Shown one piece after another: positions 42,749 through 53,071 of a stretch of 64,000 nt of DNA (position 1 is its first letter; each line of letters opens with the position of its first letter). Source of the stretch: a virus; UHGV virus genome UHGV-0370399. One strand, given 5' to 3'. The notes beneath the pieces were generated by a model. That model was not told the DNA's origin. It searched no databases and was given only the letters and a program-made list of their open reading frames with translations. The position numbers and the translations under genes are program-made.

Positions 42749-43848
42749 TATTCATAATCCCTAATAACTAACCCGACAGGGAACTGTAAAGAACCCTTAC
42801 GAGTCATCTTCTGAAACTGAACCGTTAAAGGCTTCCCGATAAACTCTTCAGGATGTTCAGCAAGATACTGTTTCTTCTCGTGTGTAGTCTTCCATGAGAC
42901 ATCTACAAAGACGTTAGGAAGCGTCTCTACAACGAACTTACCATGACCACGTTTATCGGTCTTGACACCAGTAACTTTAAACTCTTCAGTGTGCATCTTC
43001 TTGTGCTTAATCAAGAAGTATGAACGGTGACTACACTCGTAGAAAGATTCTTCAGAGATTGAACGGTACATTGCACCTTCAAACTTAGCTTCAACCCACT
43101 TATCATGGGCTTCATCAAACTCTTCCCAAGAATTTACACGGATAGTCTGTACAGGAACAACTCTACAGGTATCCCCAAGCTCAACAATTGGTGAATTATC
43201 AATAACTTCACGACGCTCAGGCCAAGTTTTTGAATTGTCGCAGATATCATACCAGTAGAATTTAAGAAGGTGACGGTCTGGATTGTCAGCATTCTTAATC
43301 ATAGATACAATATCTTCTAAGTCCCAACCATGAGCATAAATCTCTCCATCAAAGTCTTCCACTTGCGGATGTAATTTAAGCAACAAAAGCAAATCTGGGA
43401 TTAGTTCTGTTGGAACGTTGTAAACAGTATTCTCACGAGAATAGGCTGTGAAACTAACTGAATCAGCATCTCTTGAAATCCTACAACGTACACCATCAAG
43501 TTTTGGTTGAGCATCAGCAGGGAACTTCAGATACTTTGCATGGCTAACCTTTGCAGCATCATGAGCAAGCTGTACACCTACCTTCTCAGTATTCTGTGCA
43601 GATTCTTTTGTATAAGCATAACCTTTACGGTCAACTTGCTTTTTATACTTAGCAGCAACTTCAAAGAGAGCTTGCTGTTCAGCGTTACGCTCATTCTTTT
43701 TACCGATGTTCTTAGGCTCTGCTGTATACTCTTCAAACATCATCTTGCCATTCTCTTTACCGTAGGTTGTAATAACTTTGTCACCTACAGCAACACATGA
43801 CCAGACGTTAAAAGAGCCGTCTTTATTTTGTTTGTACAGAATTGTCAT
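42748..43848 (-). CDS. ATP-dependent DNA ligase
   Basis: Adenylation motif I PKLDGVRC (KxDGxR); size (366 aa) like T7-type ligases. Confidence 0.8.
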   Translation of the reverse strand: MTILYKQNKDGSFNVWSCVAVGDKVITTYGKENGKMMFEEYTAEPKNIGKKNERNAEQQALFEVAAKYKKQVDRKGYAYTKESAQNTEKVGVQLAHDAAKVSHAKYLKFPADAQPKLDGVRCRISRDADSVSFTAYSRENTVYNVPTELIPDLLLLLKLHPQVEDFDGEIYAHGWDLEDIVSMIKNADNPDRHLLKFYWYDICDNSKTWPERREVIDNSPIVELGDTCRVVPVQTIRVNSWEEFDEAHDKWVEAKFEGAMYRSISEESFYECSHRSYFLIKHKKMHTEEFKVTGVKTDKRGHGKFVVETLPNVFVDVSWKTTHEKKQYLAEHPEEFIGKPLTVQFQKMTRKGSLQFPVGLVIRDYE

Positions 43849-44051
43849 TTTCTCTTACCACCAATCTCTACGTCGATAACTTGAACATCGCCAGCAACAT
43901 CAAACTTATGTATGATGCTTTCCACAGTATAAGTCCAACCATCAATGCGAACCATCTCACCTTCTCGTGGAACTATTGGATTACGTTGAGCTACAGTTGT
44001 AGTGGAGTGAACAACATCATAACGATAGATATAGTTTACTAGGACTTCCAT
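43845..44051 (-). CDS. hypothetical protein (start trimmed to internal Met with RBS to resolve overlap with the upstream gene)
   Basis: ORF track gives 43845-44150; Met at 44051 has a GAGG RBS and avoids an 89-bp overlap. Confidence 0.4.
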   Translation of the reverse strand: MEVLVNYIYRYDVVHSTTTVAQRNPIVPREGEMVRIDGWTYTVESIIHKFDVAGDVQVIDVEIGGKRK

Positions 44052-44061
44052 CGTGAAAACC

Positions 44062-44322
44062 TCACTCAATAACCGTAGTATGTGATTGTCCATTTTTGCC
44101 ATAGCTGTAAGATGTTGTTGTTTGAGAGTTTGGACATCTGACAACAACAATATCTCTGCTTATAGCATCACCATGTAACTTGTATACTCTGCAATCTTGC
44201 ATCTCTGGTGGGAGGCTATAAGAAGCATTTTTATCTTCATAAGAAGGGTTGCAGCCAGATAGAAAAATAACACCAAGCGCAATTACCACTTTCCACATAA
44301 CACTACTCCTATTACTGTTCAC
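44062..44322 (-). CDS. lipoprotein (signal peptide with lipobox LSGC)
   Basis: N-terminus MWKVVIALGVIFLSGC. Confidence 0.5.
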   Translation of the reverse strand: MNSNRSSVMWKVVIALGVIFLSGCNPSYEDKNASYSLPPEMQDCRVYKLHGDAISRDIVVVRCPNSQTTTSYSYGKNGQSHTTVIE

Positions 44323-44554
44323 GATGTTCTACTTCTCTGTACGTTCGTCGATAGTATATAATAAGCTGTGCTAACTCGTTGCTTTTAACATCTGAACGTA
44401 GCAGTTGCCAATCAAAACCTTTACCGACTCTTCCATATAAACTAAACAGTTTTACTTTGCGTTTCATTTTGGTATACCAATACTCAGAAGTCAATATTAA
44501 TACGTTCGCCCTTAAGGACTCCAGTACGGTCTCTTGCAATCTTGCCGTCAACAA
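44312..44554 (-). CDS. hypothetical protein
   Basis: 80-aa ORF. Confidence 0.4.
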   Translation of the reverse strand: MLTARLQETVLESLRANVLILTSEYWYTKMKRKVKLFSLYGRVGKGFDWQLLRSDVKSNELAQLIIYYRRTYREVEHREQ

Positions 44555-44711
44555 TAAGGATATGTGCAGCCCTTAAAGAGTCACTATTAAAAGCTTTTAC
44601 GAACTTACTAGGCATCACTACAATGGGCATCTCCTGAATCAACTCTGGAGTATAGCAATTGTCGTGAAGTTGCTGAATAACGTCTGCAAGTGTCATTTTT
44701 GATGTCTCCAA
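44484..44711 (-). CDS. hypothetical protein
   Basis: 75-aa ORF. Confidence 0.4.
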   Translation of the reverse strand: METSKMTLADVIQQLHDNCYTPELIQEMPIVVMPSKFVKAFNSDSLRAAHILIVDGKIARDRTGVLKGERINIDF

Positions 44712-44902
44712 TACTCAATGTCAATAAGTTCTTGTGCAATGCTTTTAAGGTTACCTTTCAAGAAAACCTTCTCAGAACCTGAAAGAGATGAATTGTCAAT
44801 TAACCTGTTCATTCTCTCAAACAACTTCTGCTTACGATTTTTGATAGTCTCCTTTGAAGCACCTTTCATCATTGCTGCATGGGTTCTTCCACGATGGCTC
44901 AT
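44693..44902 (-). CDS. hypothetical protein
   Basis: 69-aa ORF. Confidence 0.4.
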   Translation of the reverse strand: MSHRGRTHAAMMKGASKETIKNRKQKLFERMNRLIDNSSLSGSEKVFLKGNLKSIAQELIDIEYWRHQK

Positions 44903-44953
44903 AATCCCTCCTATACAAGATGTAGTATAAGGTACTCTTCCCTGAGCACCTTG

Positions 44954-45478
44954 TCAACTTAGTTTTGCAAACTCTCCGTGGAGTTTAATAGCAGCTTCAC
45001 AGTAAGCTTTATGGGCTTCTTCTGGTGTGTCAAACATACCAAGATGATAGTTTTTACCTTGTAAACGTATCATTGCTCGAAACCTTTTACTTATCTTCTG
45101 TACACCTTTTGGCAACCCAGATGGGGACTTTCTTGACCGATTGCAAGAGTTTTGTGAAGCTGTACAAACCCTTAAATTCAAGTACCTATTGTCCCAACCG
45201 TCCCCATTCTTATGGTCAACCTGTAAGTTTTTATCAGGCAGGTATCCATCCACATATAGTATTGCTAGACGGTTAGCTTGGTAGCCTTTACCATCAAGCA
45301 ATAACTGAACAGACTTGTGACCATCTGTGTTTATCCTATAATTTCCTGCCTTTTTACCTCCAAAACGAGAGTTGAAGTTCTTATTGCCTCGTGATACCGG
45401 CTCTCTAAACTTCCAAGTAAAGACCCCTGTTTCGGGGTCGTAGTCCAATAGCTCCTTAAGACGAATTTCTGTAATCAT
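44954..45478 (-). CDS. HNH homing endonuclease with AP2-like DNA-binding domain
   Basis: Motifs LLDYDPETGVFTW, RLAILYVDGYLP, VDHKNGDGWDNRYLNLRVC, and AP2-like GKNYHLGMFDTPEEAHKAY; paralog of the 55081-55581 gene; start taken at internal Met 45478. Confidence 0.7.
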   Translation of the reverse strand: MITEIRLKELLDYDPETGVFTWKFREPVSRGNKNFNSRFGGKKAGNYRINTDGHKSVQLLLDGKGYQANRLAILYVDGYLPDKNLQVDHKNGDGWDNRYLNLRVCTASQNSCNRSRKSPSGLPKGVQKISKRFRAMIRLQGKNYHLGMFDTPEEAHKAYCEAAIKLHGEFAKLS

Positions 45479-45488
45479 TTCAACACCA

Positions 45489-48188
45489 TCAATGTACTTC
45501 CAACCAGCTCTTACCAACCTTACCTGTGCCAGTTACAAGCGTCTCACTCTTCAAACCTAAATTCTTAGATGCCTGACCATACATCCAGTCAGTTATGGCT
45601 TTCACTTCTTGAGTCATACTTTCTGGACATTCCCAACTGTTTTCATCGTGGTATGCCAGCAAAAGCCTAGCACCAATTGCTGGTTTTCGTCCATTTAATT
45701 TTGTCAACCCTTCTTCACATGCTCTTCTACAAGCAAGGTTAATTGCCTCATTTTGAATCTGAGCCTCCGAACCCATGAGCAAATAATTCAATAACTTATG
45801 TGGAGATTTACACCACAACCAAGCTCCAGCAACCTTTACAAAACCCCCTTTAGAGATTGCAGCAGTCTTACCAAACACCTCTTCAAGTGCCTTTTTAGTT
45901 GCTTTGTAGTCAGCTTCCAAGTCATCTAACAGCTTCTTAATTTTAGGCAAACGGATAAAGTAAGTCTGTTTAGTCAGCGCACCTTCCTGAGTAGTTGCAG
46001 CCTTAATCGTCTTAGCAAACTTCTCATCACCTGCACCGAACAGCAGTGCATAGATACCATTCTTAGCTTTCTTACGGCCTTTGCTAATCTCATGAAGAAG
46101 ATTCTCATCCTGAGTAGCTCGACAAGTCAAGATATCCTGCTCATCATTCAAGCTAAAGTAAATACTGTTCAATGTATGTGCATCAGTCCCTGAATAGACA
46201 ACGTACAGGTCATTCTCAGAGTCATAGCGAAGGTACTTATCAATCTCTGGGTTGAGGTACTCATCAAAATGTTTGCAGTAATAGCGTCCATCTTCTTGAC
46301 GAATGAACTCAATTTCTTCTTTACCTTGCGTTACCGCTTTGGTGAAGTCTTTATCACCCATAAAGTTACAAAGAAGAACTAGCTGGGCTGAGTTCATATC
46401 TACAGAGACAACGTTAGTACCTTCCTCACAAATCCATACTGCCCTCATTGGTTCTCCATAGACAGCAGCACCAGACGGTACGTTTACAATACCATACTGT
46501 GTCATACGTCCAGTTGAAGTACCAAACACCATTGCACCAGCACTAAGGCGACCATCAGGACGAATCTGGTTAAGCCAACCTTTTTCATCATCCTTTGAGT
46601 TCTCAATAGTTCTGCGTCGGTGCATCAAAGTATAGTACTTAGCAATCTTCTGTCCAAGCTCACCTTCAATCGTATCATAAGATGATTCAGTAAGTTTTGG
46701 TGAAGTACGGATTAAGCAAGGTTCAAGCAAATCTGTGTATTTCTTCACAGACCAGTTATGCTCGATGTACTGTACACCTTCATGTTCAACATAACTCAAA
46801 CCACACCGCTCAACCATTTCCTGCCACTTAGGATGCTTTGTAATCATCTTTTTATTGTCTTTGAAACGACAAACTTTGACAGGGCGACCATCTGAGTCTT
46901 TCTTGTAATTCCAGTCATCTGGAACCCAACCAACTGATTTCAAGTAGTCTTTAACAACTGCTACCTGAGTCATACGAGAAACTTCAAACTCAATTGGTGT
47001 ATATGGCGCATCAATCAAACCTGTGTAGCGACTTGACTCAAGTTCAAAGTGGTTAACAACGTGGCTGTTATAGTACTTCACAGTTTTGACTGTTTTTACT
47101 GGTTTCCAGTCTTTGCATTTCTTACCAATCTTTGCGTTCAACTCATTGCAAATTGCACGAGCATCCTTCATTGCTACAAAACCCTCCTTGTACTCTTCAC
47201 CAGTTACAGAGTTGGTTGGTGTATAGCAATTTCTCTTTTCAATGTTAAAAATCTTTGTAGTTGGCTTACCAAATGGTTTGATTTCATAAGTCTGCATCTC
47301 ACCATTACGCACCTGCTGACGATACTTCGTCTTAGGGTACTTGGTAATTCTTTTCAGTCCATCTGCATGACCAAATGCTTCAACATACTCATTCCAAGCT
47401 TTTGCAAACTCTTCTCCAGTGACTTTACCTTTGGTCTTAATAGTTGGAGGTAGATGCGGTTCAACTTCTGAAGCAAGCTCATTAGTCAACTTGTCAAGTT
47501 CCTTTACATGGAACTCCATAAGCTCTTTATCAGCTTTCCAGCCATTGATAGCTTGTTGACTCATCCAGAAAGATGTTTCTTTAGCTCGCATGTAGGTTTC
47601 ATAAGTGTCTATGCCACACTTCTTAAGCTTGAGATATTCATTATCAAGTGCCCGTTTAGTTTTGGCGTTAATACGGATATCTTCTACAACACGAGTGAAG
47701 ATTTCTGCATTCCACACACCCCAATGTTCAATCTCTGGTTTACGAACACCAACACGAGCACCCCATGCAGCCAAACCATGAGCACCTTTATAGCCCTTTG
47801 GAGTTGGTCTATCCATCCACTGAACACGAGACTGGATAAGAGAATCCTGAAAGAAATTACTCCACGGTTTACACTTTGGATTATCAAAGTTCCATAAATC
47901 AGGTGCAATGTGATTGAAAACCCACCAGTCATAACCGAGACCATTATGGATGCAAAGACGTTTTGCCTTTAACGCAAACTCAATGCCTTCACGTAAGCCA
48001 CCCTTAATGTACTTGGTATACTTGTGACCGAGGATAGGCTCATCTGTAAAGACCCATACAGGCGGCTCTTCATCGTCAGATTTATAGTCTGCGAAAGCCA
48101 TTACGTGCACTTTAGTGAACTCAAGGAGTAAACCATCAGTTTCTGTATCACCAACTAAATGTAAGTTTTTAAAATCTACGTTTTCCAT
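45489..48188 (-). CDS. DNA polymerase, family A, with 3'-5' exonuclease domain
   Basis: Exo motif LVGDTETDGL near N-terminus; about 900 aa; start taken at ATG 48188 after GAGGGAG RBS (ORF track began at 48218). Confidence 0.9.
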   Translation of the reverse strand: MENVDFKNLHLVGDTETDGLLLEFTKVHVMAFADYKSDDEEPPVWVFTDEPILGHKYTKYIKGGLREGIEFALKAKRLCIHNGLGYDWWVFNHIAPDLWNFDNPKCKPWSNFFQDSLIQSRVQWMDRPTPKGYKGAHGLAAWGARVGVRKPEIEHWGVWNAEIFTRVVEDIRINAKTKRALDNEYLKLKKCGIDTYETYMRAKETSFWMSQQAINGWKADKELMEFHVKELDKLTNELASEVEPHLPPTIKTKGKVTGEEFAKAWNEYVEAFGHADGLKRITKYPKTKYRQQVRNGEMQTYEIKPFGKPTTKIFNIEKRNCYTPTNSVTGEEYKEGFVAMKDARAICNELNAKIGKKCKDWKPVKTVKTVKYYNSHVVNHFELESSRYTGLIDAPYTPIEFEVSRMTQVAVVKDYLKSVGWVPDDWNYKKDSDGRPVKVCRFKDNKKMITKHPKWQEMVERCGLSYVEHEGVQYIEHNWSVKKYTDLLEPCLIRTSPKLTESSYDTIEGELGQKIAKYYTLMHRRRTIENSKDDEKGWLNQIRPDGRLSAGAMVFGTSTGRMTQYGIVNVPSGAAVYGEPMRAVWICEEGTNVVSVDMNSAQLVLLCNFMGDKDFTKAVTQGKEEIEFIRQEDGRYYCKHFDEYLNPEIDKYLRYDSENDLYVVYSGTDAHTLNSIYFSLNDEQDILTCRATQDENLLHEISKGRKKAKNGIYALLFGAGDEKFAKTIKAATTQEGALTKQTYFIRLPKIKKLLDDLEADYKATKKALEEVFGKTAAISKGGFVKVAGAWLWCKSPHKLLNYLLMGSEAQIQNEAINLACRRACEEGLTKLNGRKPAIGARLLLAYHDENSWECPESMTQEVKAITDWMYGQASKNLGLKSETLVTGTGKVGKSWLEVH

Positions 48189-48248
48189 TTTTACTCCCTC
48201 TAAAATCATTAACCTCATACATTACTGCAAAAAATTATAAAAAGCAAG

Positions 48249-48278
48249 TTGACAATGCACTTGACAAGGTGTTAATCT
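48249..48278 (+). promoter_or_regulatory. Candidate sigma70-like promoter; tandem TTGACA module nearly identical to the one at 9388-9420
   Basis: AGTTGACAATGCACTTGACAAGGTGT matches AGTTGACAAAGTACTTGACAAGGTGT at 24 of 26 positions. Confidence 0.4.
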
Positions 48279-48445
48279 TTGCGAAGTGGGTTTTTACTTA
48301 AAAGGTTACTTAACAGTTTAACTATACAGATACTTTAAAACTCTTAAAAGATTATTTAATAGCTTTTAAAAAGCTTTAAAGTATAACGTATAGAATACGT
48401 TAAGATAAAAGATTAAAACTTAATAGTTACTTAAAAGAGGCTTAC

Positions 48446-48868
48446 ATGCAGAAAATGTTTGTTCACCCAGACATAGCTGACTTTGTTAGAGCTTTGCAGA
48501 AGTTGGAAGAACTTGACATTGCTGCTCAACGGGAATATGCTCACCATCACAGGAGAATGGTTGATATACAACATGAAATAGAGTTGTCTGAAAACTATGA
48601 AGATGACTTAAAATGCTCTGTATTTGAGCATATGAAAGATGTTGCTACAGCTAGACGTAAAGCTAAAGACACAGTTGCTTTACTAGATTCTCTTAAAAAG
48701 AGGTTGCAAAGTGGTACAGACTTGTGTAATCTAGCGTCACTGATTAACGATGTTGAAACTTCTTGGGATAGGCACTATTATCCACGTTCTGAAAAGACAC
48801 TTGACTTTTCTTCATCAGAAAACTTAAAATGTTCTAGAAAGAAACTTAACCAACTGAGAGAGAAATAA
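48446..48868 (+). CDS. hypothetical protein
   Basis: 140-aa ORF, first gene of plus-strand block. Confidence 0.5.
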   Translation: MQKMFVHPDIADFVRALQKLEELDIAAQREYAHHHRRMVDIQHEIELSENYEDDLKCSVFEHMKDVATARRKAKDTVALLDSLKKRLQSGTDLCNLASLINDVETSWDRHYYPRSEKTLDFSSSENLKCSRKKLNQLREK

Positions 48869-48869
48869 T

Positions 48870-49670
48870 ATGAATATCAATGTAGAAAAGATGCTTGAAG
48901 AAAAAGGTATTAACGAAGCATTTTTAATCAATGCCGTAGAAAGCATGGCTATGATTCTTCGTGGGAACAACTACACAGAACAGTTTATGCCTGCAAGCTA
49001 CAACTTGCCTGAAGACAAGTCTGATAACGGTGCTTTTGCAGAACAGGTCAACATGATGCTTTGTGACAAAAAACTTGCTTTAGCATCTATTGTTGTAGGT
49101 GTCGATGCTCTTGCAGAGTTCATTTTTTATGAGATGCAGAAAAATGACTATATTGCCATGACCTCTGAAGAAAAAGACTCACTACTGCTCTTAGATAATA
49201 ATGAGCTAATTGACCTGTTAATTTCGTCAACGAGTGCTGTTATGGCTGCGCTTGAGAAGCGCATGGAAGAGAAACTTTCACGATATGAAAAACTTGATTG
49301 GGGCGTAGAAGAATTAAACCCACGAATCAAAGAGATTATACAGCAAACTAAAGAGTCTTTGGAAGAAGCTGTTGAAAATGACTCTGTAGCTGATATAGAA
49401 CCACTTCAGGTGAAAGTTACACTGATGATTCCAGCTATCTCCACGATGATGAAAATCGTTGCACTAATCCAACTTTCACAGATGATGGGTGTGAGTATTG
49501 AGTTAATTGAGGAGATGACTGGTGGCGTTAGTATGCAAGCAATCAATGATGTTTTGGTGAACATTGGTGCTTCAATCATTGAAGAGAAACTACGCATTAA
49601 CTTCGGTGATGATTTTGTGAAGCAAATCTCAGCTATGGCTGAAAAAGAGTCTGCTGAGCAACTGCACTAA
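48870..49670 (+). CDS. hypothetical acidic protein
   Basis: 266-aa ORF. Confidence 0.5.
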   Translation: MNINVEKMLEEKGINEAFLINAVESMAMILRGNNYTEQFMPASYNLPEDKSDNGAFAEQVNMMLCDKKLALASIVVGVDALAEFIFYEMQKNDYIAMTSEEKDSLLLLDNNELIDLLISSTSAVMAALEKRMEEKLSRYEKLDWGVEELNPRIKEIIQQTKESLEEAVENDSVADIEPLQVKVTLMIPAISTMMKIVALIQLSQMMGVSIELIEEMTGGVSMQAINDVLVNIGASIIEEKLRINFGDDFVKQISAMAEKESAEQLH

Positions 49671-49687
49671 GTCTTTATAAATCTTAC

Positions 49688-49712
49688 AAGCCTCCTTAGT
49701 TGGGGGCTTTTT
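49688..49712 (+). terminator. Possible rho-independent terminator (GCCTCC...GGGGGC then TTTTT)
   Basis: Imperfect hairpin plus T-run. Confidence 0.45.
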
Positions 49713-49731
49713 AGTAATTAAGGGAGATAAA

Positions 49732-50475
49732 ATGAGTAATATTATCGCATTTACTGGAAAGGCACGTTCTGGAAAAGACACCTCATGTTCTATTGTGAAG
49801 AACATCTTAGAGGATGAGTATGGCTACAATGTTGCTGTAATGGCCTTTGCAGACAACCTTAAACTATCTGCATCAAAGATATTTGACTTGACTTGGAATG
49901 ACCTGTACGGTGAAACTAAAGAGACTCCACAGGTTTTTGACTTATCATACTCTGAACTGATGTTTAAAGTTACGGAAGCTATGGAGTTCACCTTCAGAGA
50001 TGAACGTTACCATATGGACTTCAAGCTTATGTCAGAGTTAACCGGACGATTAATCATGGAGCTTAAGAAGGTTGCTAAACCGACTCTATTGACACGTCTG
50101 GGGTTTAGTAAAAAGTATAAATTCTCATCAAGACAAATTCAACAGATTTGGGGTACTGAAGTTGTCCGTAAAGTAATGGGCGACAAGTTCTGGTCTAAAG
50201 ACCTTGAAAAAAGAATGGTTAGATTCCATGAAATGTGCTCACTTAGAAATCAATATGGTTTTGTCTTAATCAGTGATTTAAGATTTGACTCTGAAGCTGA
50301 ATGGCTGAGTAGATTTGCACACCAAACTATTGAAGTAAAAAGAGACAATGTGGACAAAGTTTCATCACATGTTTCAGAAAATGGGATTTCTACAAAATAT
50401 GAGCGTGACATTATTCATAATAATGGTACTCTTGCAGACCTTGAGAACAAGCTAAGAGCCATCATTAAAGTTTAA
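49732..50475 (+). CDS. deoxynucleoside monophosphate kinase-like P-loop kinase
   Basis: N-terminal P-loop IIAFTGKARSGKDT, similar in pattern to T4 gp1-type dNMP kinases. Confidence 0.5.
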   Translation: MSNIIAFTGKARSGKDTSCSIVKNILEDEYGYNVAVMAFADNLKLSASKIFDLTWNDLYGETKETPQVFDLSYSELMFKVTEAMEFTFRDERYHMDFKLMSELTGRLIMELKKVAKPTLLTRLGFSKKYKFSSRQIQQIWGTEVVRKVMGDKFWSKDLEKRMVRFHEMCSLRNQYGFVLISDLRFDSEAEWLSRFAHQTIEVKRDNVDKVSSHVSENGISTKYERDIIHNNGTLADLENKLRAIIKV

Positions 50476-50483
50476 AAGAGAGA

Positions 50484-50684
50484 ATGAAGATGAGAGTAAA
50501 AGACAATTTTAAAGTTATTGACCACCGTTTAGTGGAACTCTCATCTCTTTCCAATGAGGTAATGATTGAACGTCTTAAGAGAGTTGAATCACGAAGGAAA
50601 GAGATTGCAGATGAAATTCATGAACTGGACAAGATTGAAAATGGATTGAAGGCAGAACTACAACGAAGAGGTGCTAATGTCTAA
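50484..50684 (+). CDS. hypothetical coiled-coil protein
   Basis: 66-aa ORF. Confidence 0.45.
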   Translation: MKMRVKDNFKVIDHRLVELSSLSNEVMIERLKRVESRRKEIADEIHELDKIENGLKAELQRRGANV

Positions 50685-52662
50685 AGGTCGTAAATTGAAA
50701 GAGGCTGGTCAGTTTGTTGGTCATTGCGCATGTCCACGTTGTGGTTCATCAGATGCTGGTTCAATCTATCATCATGACGATGATTCTTATTCAATGACTT
50801 GCTTTAGTTGTAACAAAGGTTTCCCAGAGTGGGATTTTGATAAAGGACAAATCGTGAGCACTTATTCTACTGGTTCAGACAATAAAAACCGTACTTTCCG
50901 TGGAATGGATTTAGACGATGTGAAAGAAAACCTTGAAGCAATGGACTTAAAGGATAGGAAGATTCCTGCAAAAGTCCTTGAACGCTTAGGTATCAAGGTT
51001 GACATTGACAGTGACGGTGAAATTGATGCGCACTTCTATCCAACTTACAAACGTAATGAAGATGGTAAGCTAGAACATGTTGGCTACCGTGTTCGTCACC
51101 GTTACCCAGAAGACCATCCAAAAGAGCACCTACGTGGTAAGTTAAAAGACTTTTCTGGTGGTGTTGGAGACATTAAAGGTGAACTAGCAATGTTCGGTTC
51201 ATGGATTGCTCCAGAAGGTGGTAACCGTCTATTCATCTGGGAAGGTGAGATGGAATGTGCGACAGCAATCTATATGACTTCTCTTGCGATTAAGGACAAG
51301 TCTCGTCGTAAGAATTACTGTCACGTATCTGTTCCATCAGGTGCAAACATTAAGTCTATCAAAGACAACTATCAGTACATCACATCATTTGATGAGATTT
51401 ACTTGTGCTTTGATAACGATGAAGCAGGTGCTAAAGCTACCAAAGAGGCTGCTGGTATCCTACCTATTGAGAAGGTTCGCTTATTCCAGTATCCAGAAGG
51501 TGTAAAAGACCTTAACGAGTGGTGGACAAAGTTCTATAAAGAGAAAGATACAGTTCTGGAAGGATTTAAGCAGCGTATCTACAATGCACCTCGTTACTGT
51601 CCTGCTGGTATCAAGAACTTTGCAGACGGTTTTGAGGCAATGAAGAATCGTGGTCAGATTCCATTGATTCCTTTCCCAGAATCTTTCGGGGATTTGAACA
51701 GGCTGACTTATGGTGGTTACGGTTTAGGTGAGATTACAACTCTGGCAGCACCATCTTCAGTGGGTAAATCTGCATACACTCGTGAAATGATTTATACTGC
51801 TTGGAAGGAAACCGATTACAATATTGGTGTAATTCCAGTTGAAGATACCTATGAAGAGTTGATGGAGATGCTCTGTGCAATTCACCTGAGCAAGCAGATT
51901 TCTGAGATTCCTTATGACGAACGTGATTGGGATGAATTGAAGGAAGCACACGCAGAACTATCTAAAGGTCGTCGTATCCACATCGTAGACCATCAAGGGG
52001 CAATTGACCAAGATAACTTGCTGGAGTTTGTTGACTATCTTGTTAATAGTTTAGACTGTAAGATTATTATTCTTGACCCTATTACATTGGCCCTGTCACG
52101 TTCAGATACGGATGAAGAGGAAGTTTTATCTGAGCTATTGCGTCGTTGCAAACGCTACCAGTACGCACAGGTGAACGTCTGTCACGTTCGTAAGAGTGCA
52201 GGTGGTCAGAAGGCTAACTCCGAAGGTGGAGATATCTCTGAAGAGGATATTAAAGGTTCTGGTGCGTATTTCCAGATTTCTATGAACAACATTCTGTTAA
52301 TGCGTAACAAGGTTGACCCAGACCCTGTTAAGAAAAACTTGACAAAAATCAAGTTAACTAAGTGTCGTCGTCATGGTAAGTCAACAGGTATTGCTGGTCA
52401 TACTTGGTACAATCCAGATACAGGACGTCTTATCAAAGCTTCTGGATGTGGTGTTGATATTGATGGTGCAGCAGAAAATATTCGCCAGCAGTTTGGTATT
52501 GGTGAAGCTGAAGACCATTACGATGACTCTTTGCCACATTATGAGGACGAAGTGTTTGACCGTGAGACTGGTGAAGTCTATACTGAAGAGCAGCGTCAAA
52601 GCTCAACGATTCCACCTGTATTAAGTGAGGATGCAGATGACTGCCCGTTCGAAACTGAGTGA
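50677..52662 (+). CDS. DNA primase-helicase (T7 gp4-like fusion: zinc finger, TOPRIM primase, DnaB-family helicase)
   Basis: Zinc ribbon CPRCGSSDAG...CFSCNKG, TOPRIM acidic motif CFDNDEAG, Walker A LAAPSSVGKSAYT, Walker B IIILDP. Confidence 0.85.
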   Translation: MSKGRKLKEAGQFVGHCACPRCGSSDAGSIYHHDDDSYSMTCFSCNKGFPEWDFDKGQIVSTYSTGSDNKNRTFRGMDLDDVKENLEAMDLKDRKIPAKVLERLGIKVDIDSDGEIDAHFYPTYKRNEDGKLEHVGYRVRHRYPEDHPKEHLRGKLKDFSGGVGDIKGELAMFGSWIAPEGGNRLFIWEGEMECATAIYMTSLAIKDKSRRKNYCHVSVPSGANIKSIKDNYQYITSFDEIYLCFDNDEAGAKATKEAAGILPIEKVRLFQYPEGVKDLNEWWTKFYKEKDTVLEGFKQRIYNAPRYCPAGIKNFADGFEAMKNRGQIPLIPFPESFGDLNRLTYGGYGLGEITTLAAPSSVGKSAYTREMIYTAWKETDYNIGVIPVEDTYEELMEMLCAIHLSKQISEIPYDERDWDELKEAHAELSKGRRIHIVDHQGAIDQDNLLEFVDYLVNSLDCKIIILDPITLALSRSDTDEEEVLSELLRRCKRYQYAQVNVCHVRKSAGGQKANSEGGDISEEDIKGSGAYFQISMNNILLMRNKVDPDPVKKNLTKIKLTKCRRHGKSTGIAGHTWYNPDTGRLIKASGCGVDIDGAAENIRQQFGIGEAEDHYDDSLPHYEDEVFDRETGEVYTEEQRQSSTIPPVLSEDADDCPFETE

Positions 52663-52918
52663 TAGCTATAAAAGAGAGGGGTTCACACCCTTCTTTGAAG
52701 AAAAAAGTTTAAATAAATTTCATGAAGAGTGTTTGACAAAGATTGATAGGTTCTATAGAATGCTCCACATGAAATGCGATGGAGAAGTTGAAATAGAACA
52801 ACAGTTCCATCAAAGTATGATTACAGTCATCATTACACTGCCTCAGCATAATATTGGTTGGCTGTTTATAATGAAAGAAAATGTGTTTGAATATCAAGTA
52901 TATCGGAGAATATCATGA
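52625..52918 (+). CDS. hypothetical protein
   Basis: 97-aa ORF overlapping the helicase 3' end. Confidence 0.35.
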   Translation: MRMQMTARSKLSDSYKREGFTPFFEEKSLNKFHEECLTKIDRFYRMLHMKCDGEVEIEQQFHQSMITVIITLPQHNIGWLFIMKENVFEYQVYRRIS

Positions 52919-53071
52919 AACACTCTAAAGCATTTGAAAAAGTTTTTGGGGATTCCTTAAAAGCCACTGCTGGAAAACCAGCAAAATACTATGAAGAAAA
53001 ACGTGTAAGAACTGGAAAAACTGCACGTAAAGCAGCTTCTAAAGATAAGCACAACTTCCAGTAATTAGTAT

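Noticed and set aside
47049-47897. Plus-strand ORFs of 134 and 129 aa
   Set aside because: Antisense within the DNA polymerase gene; hydrophobic low-complexity translations
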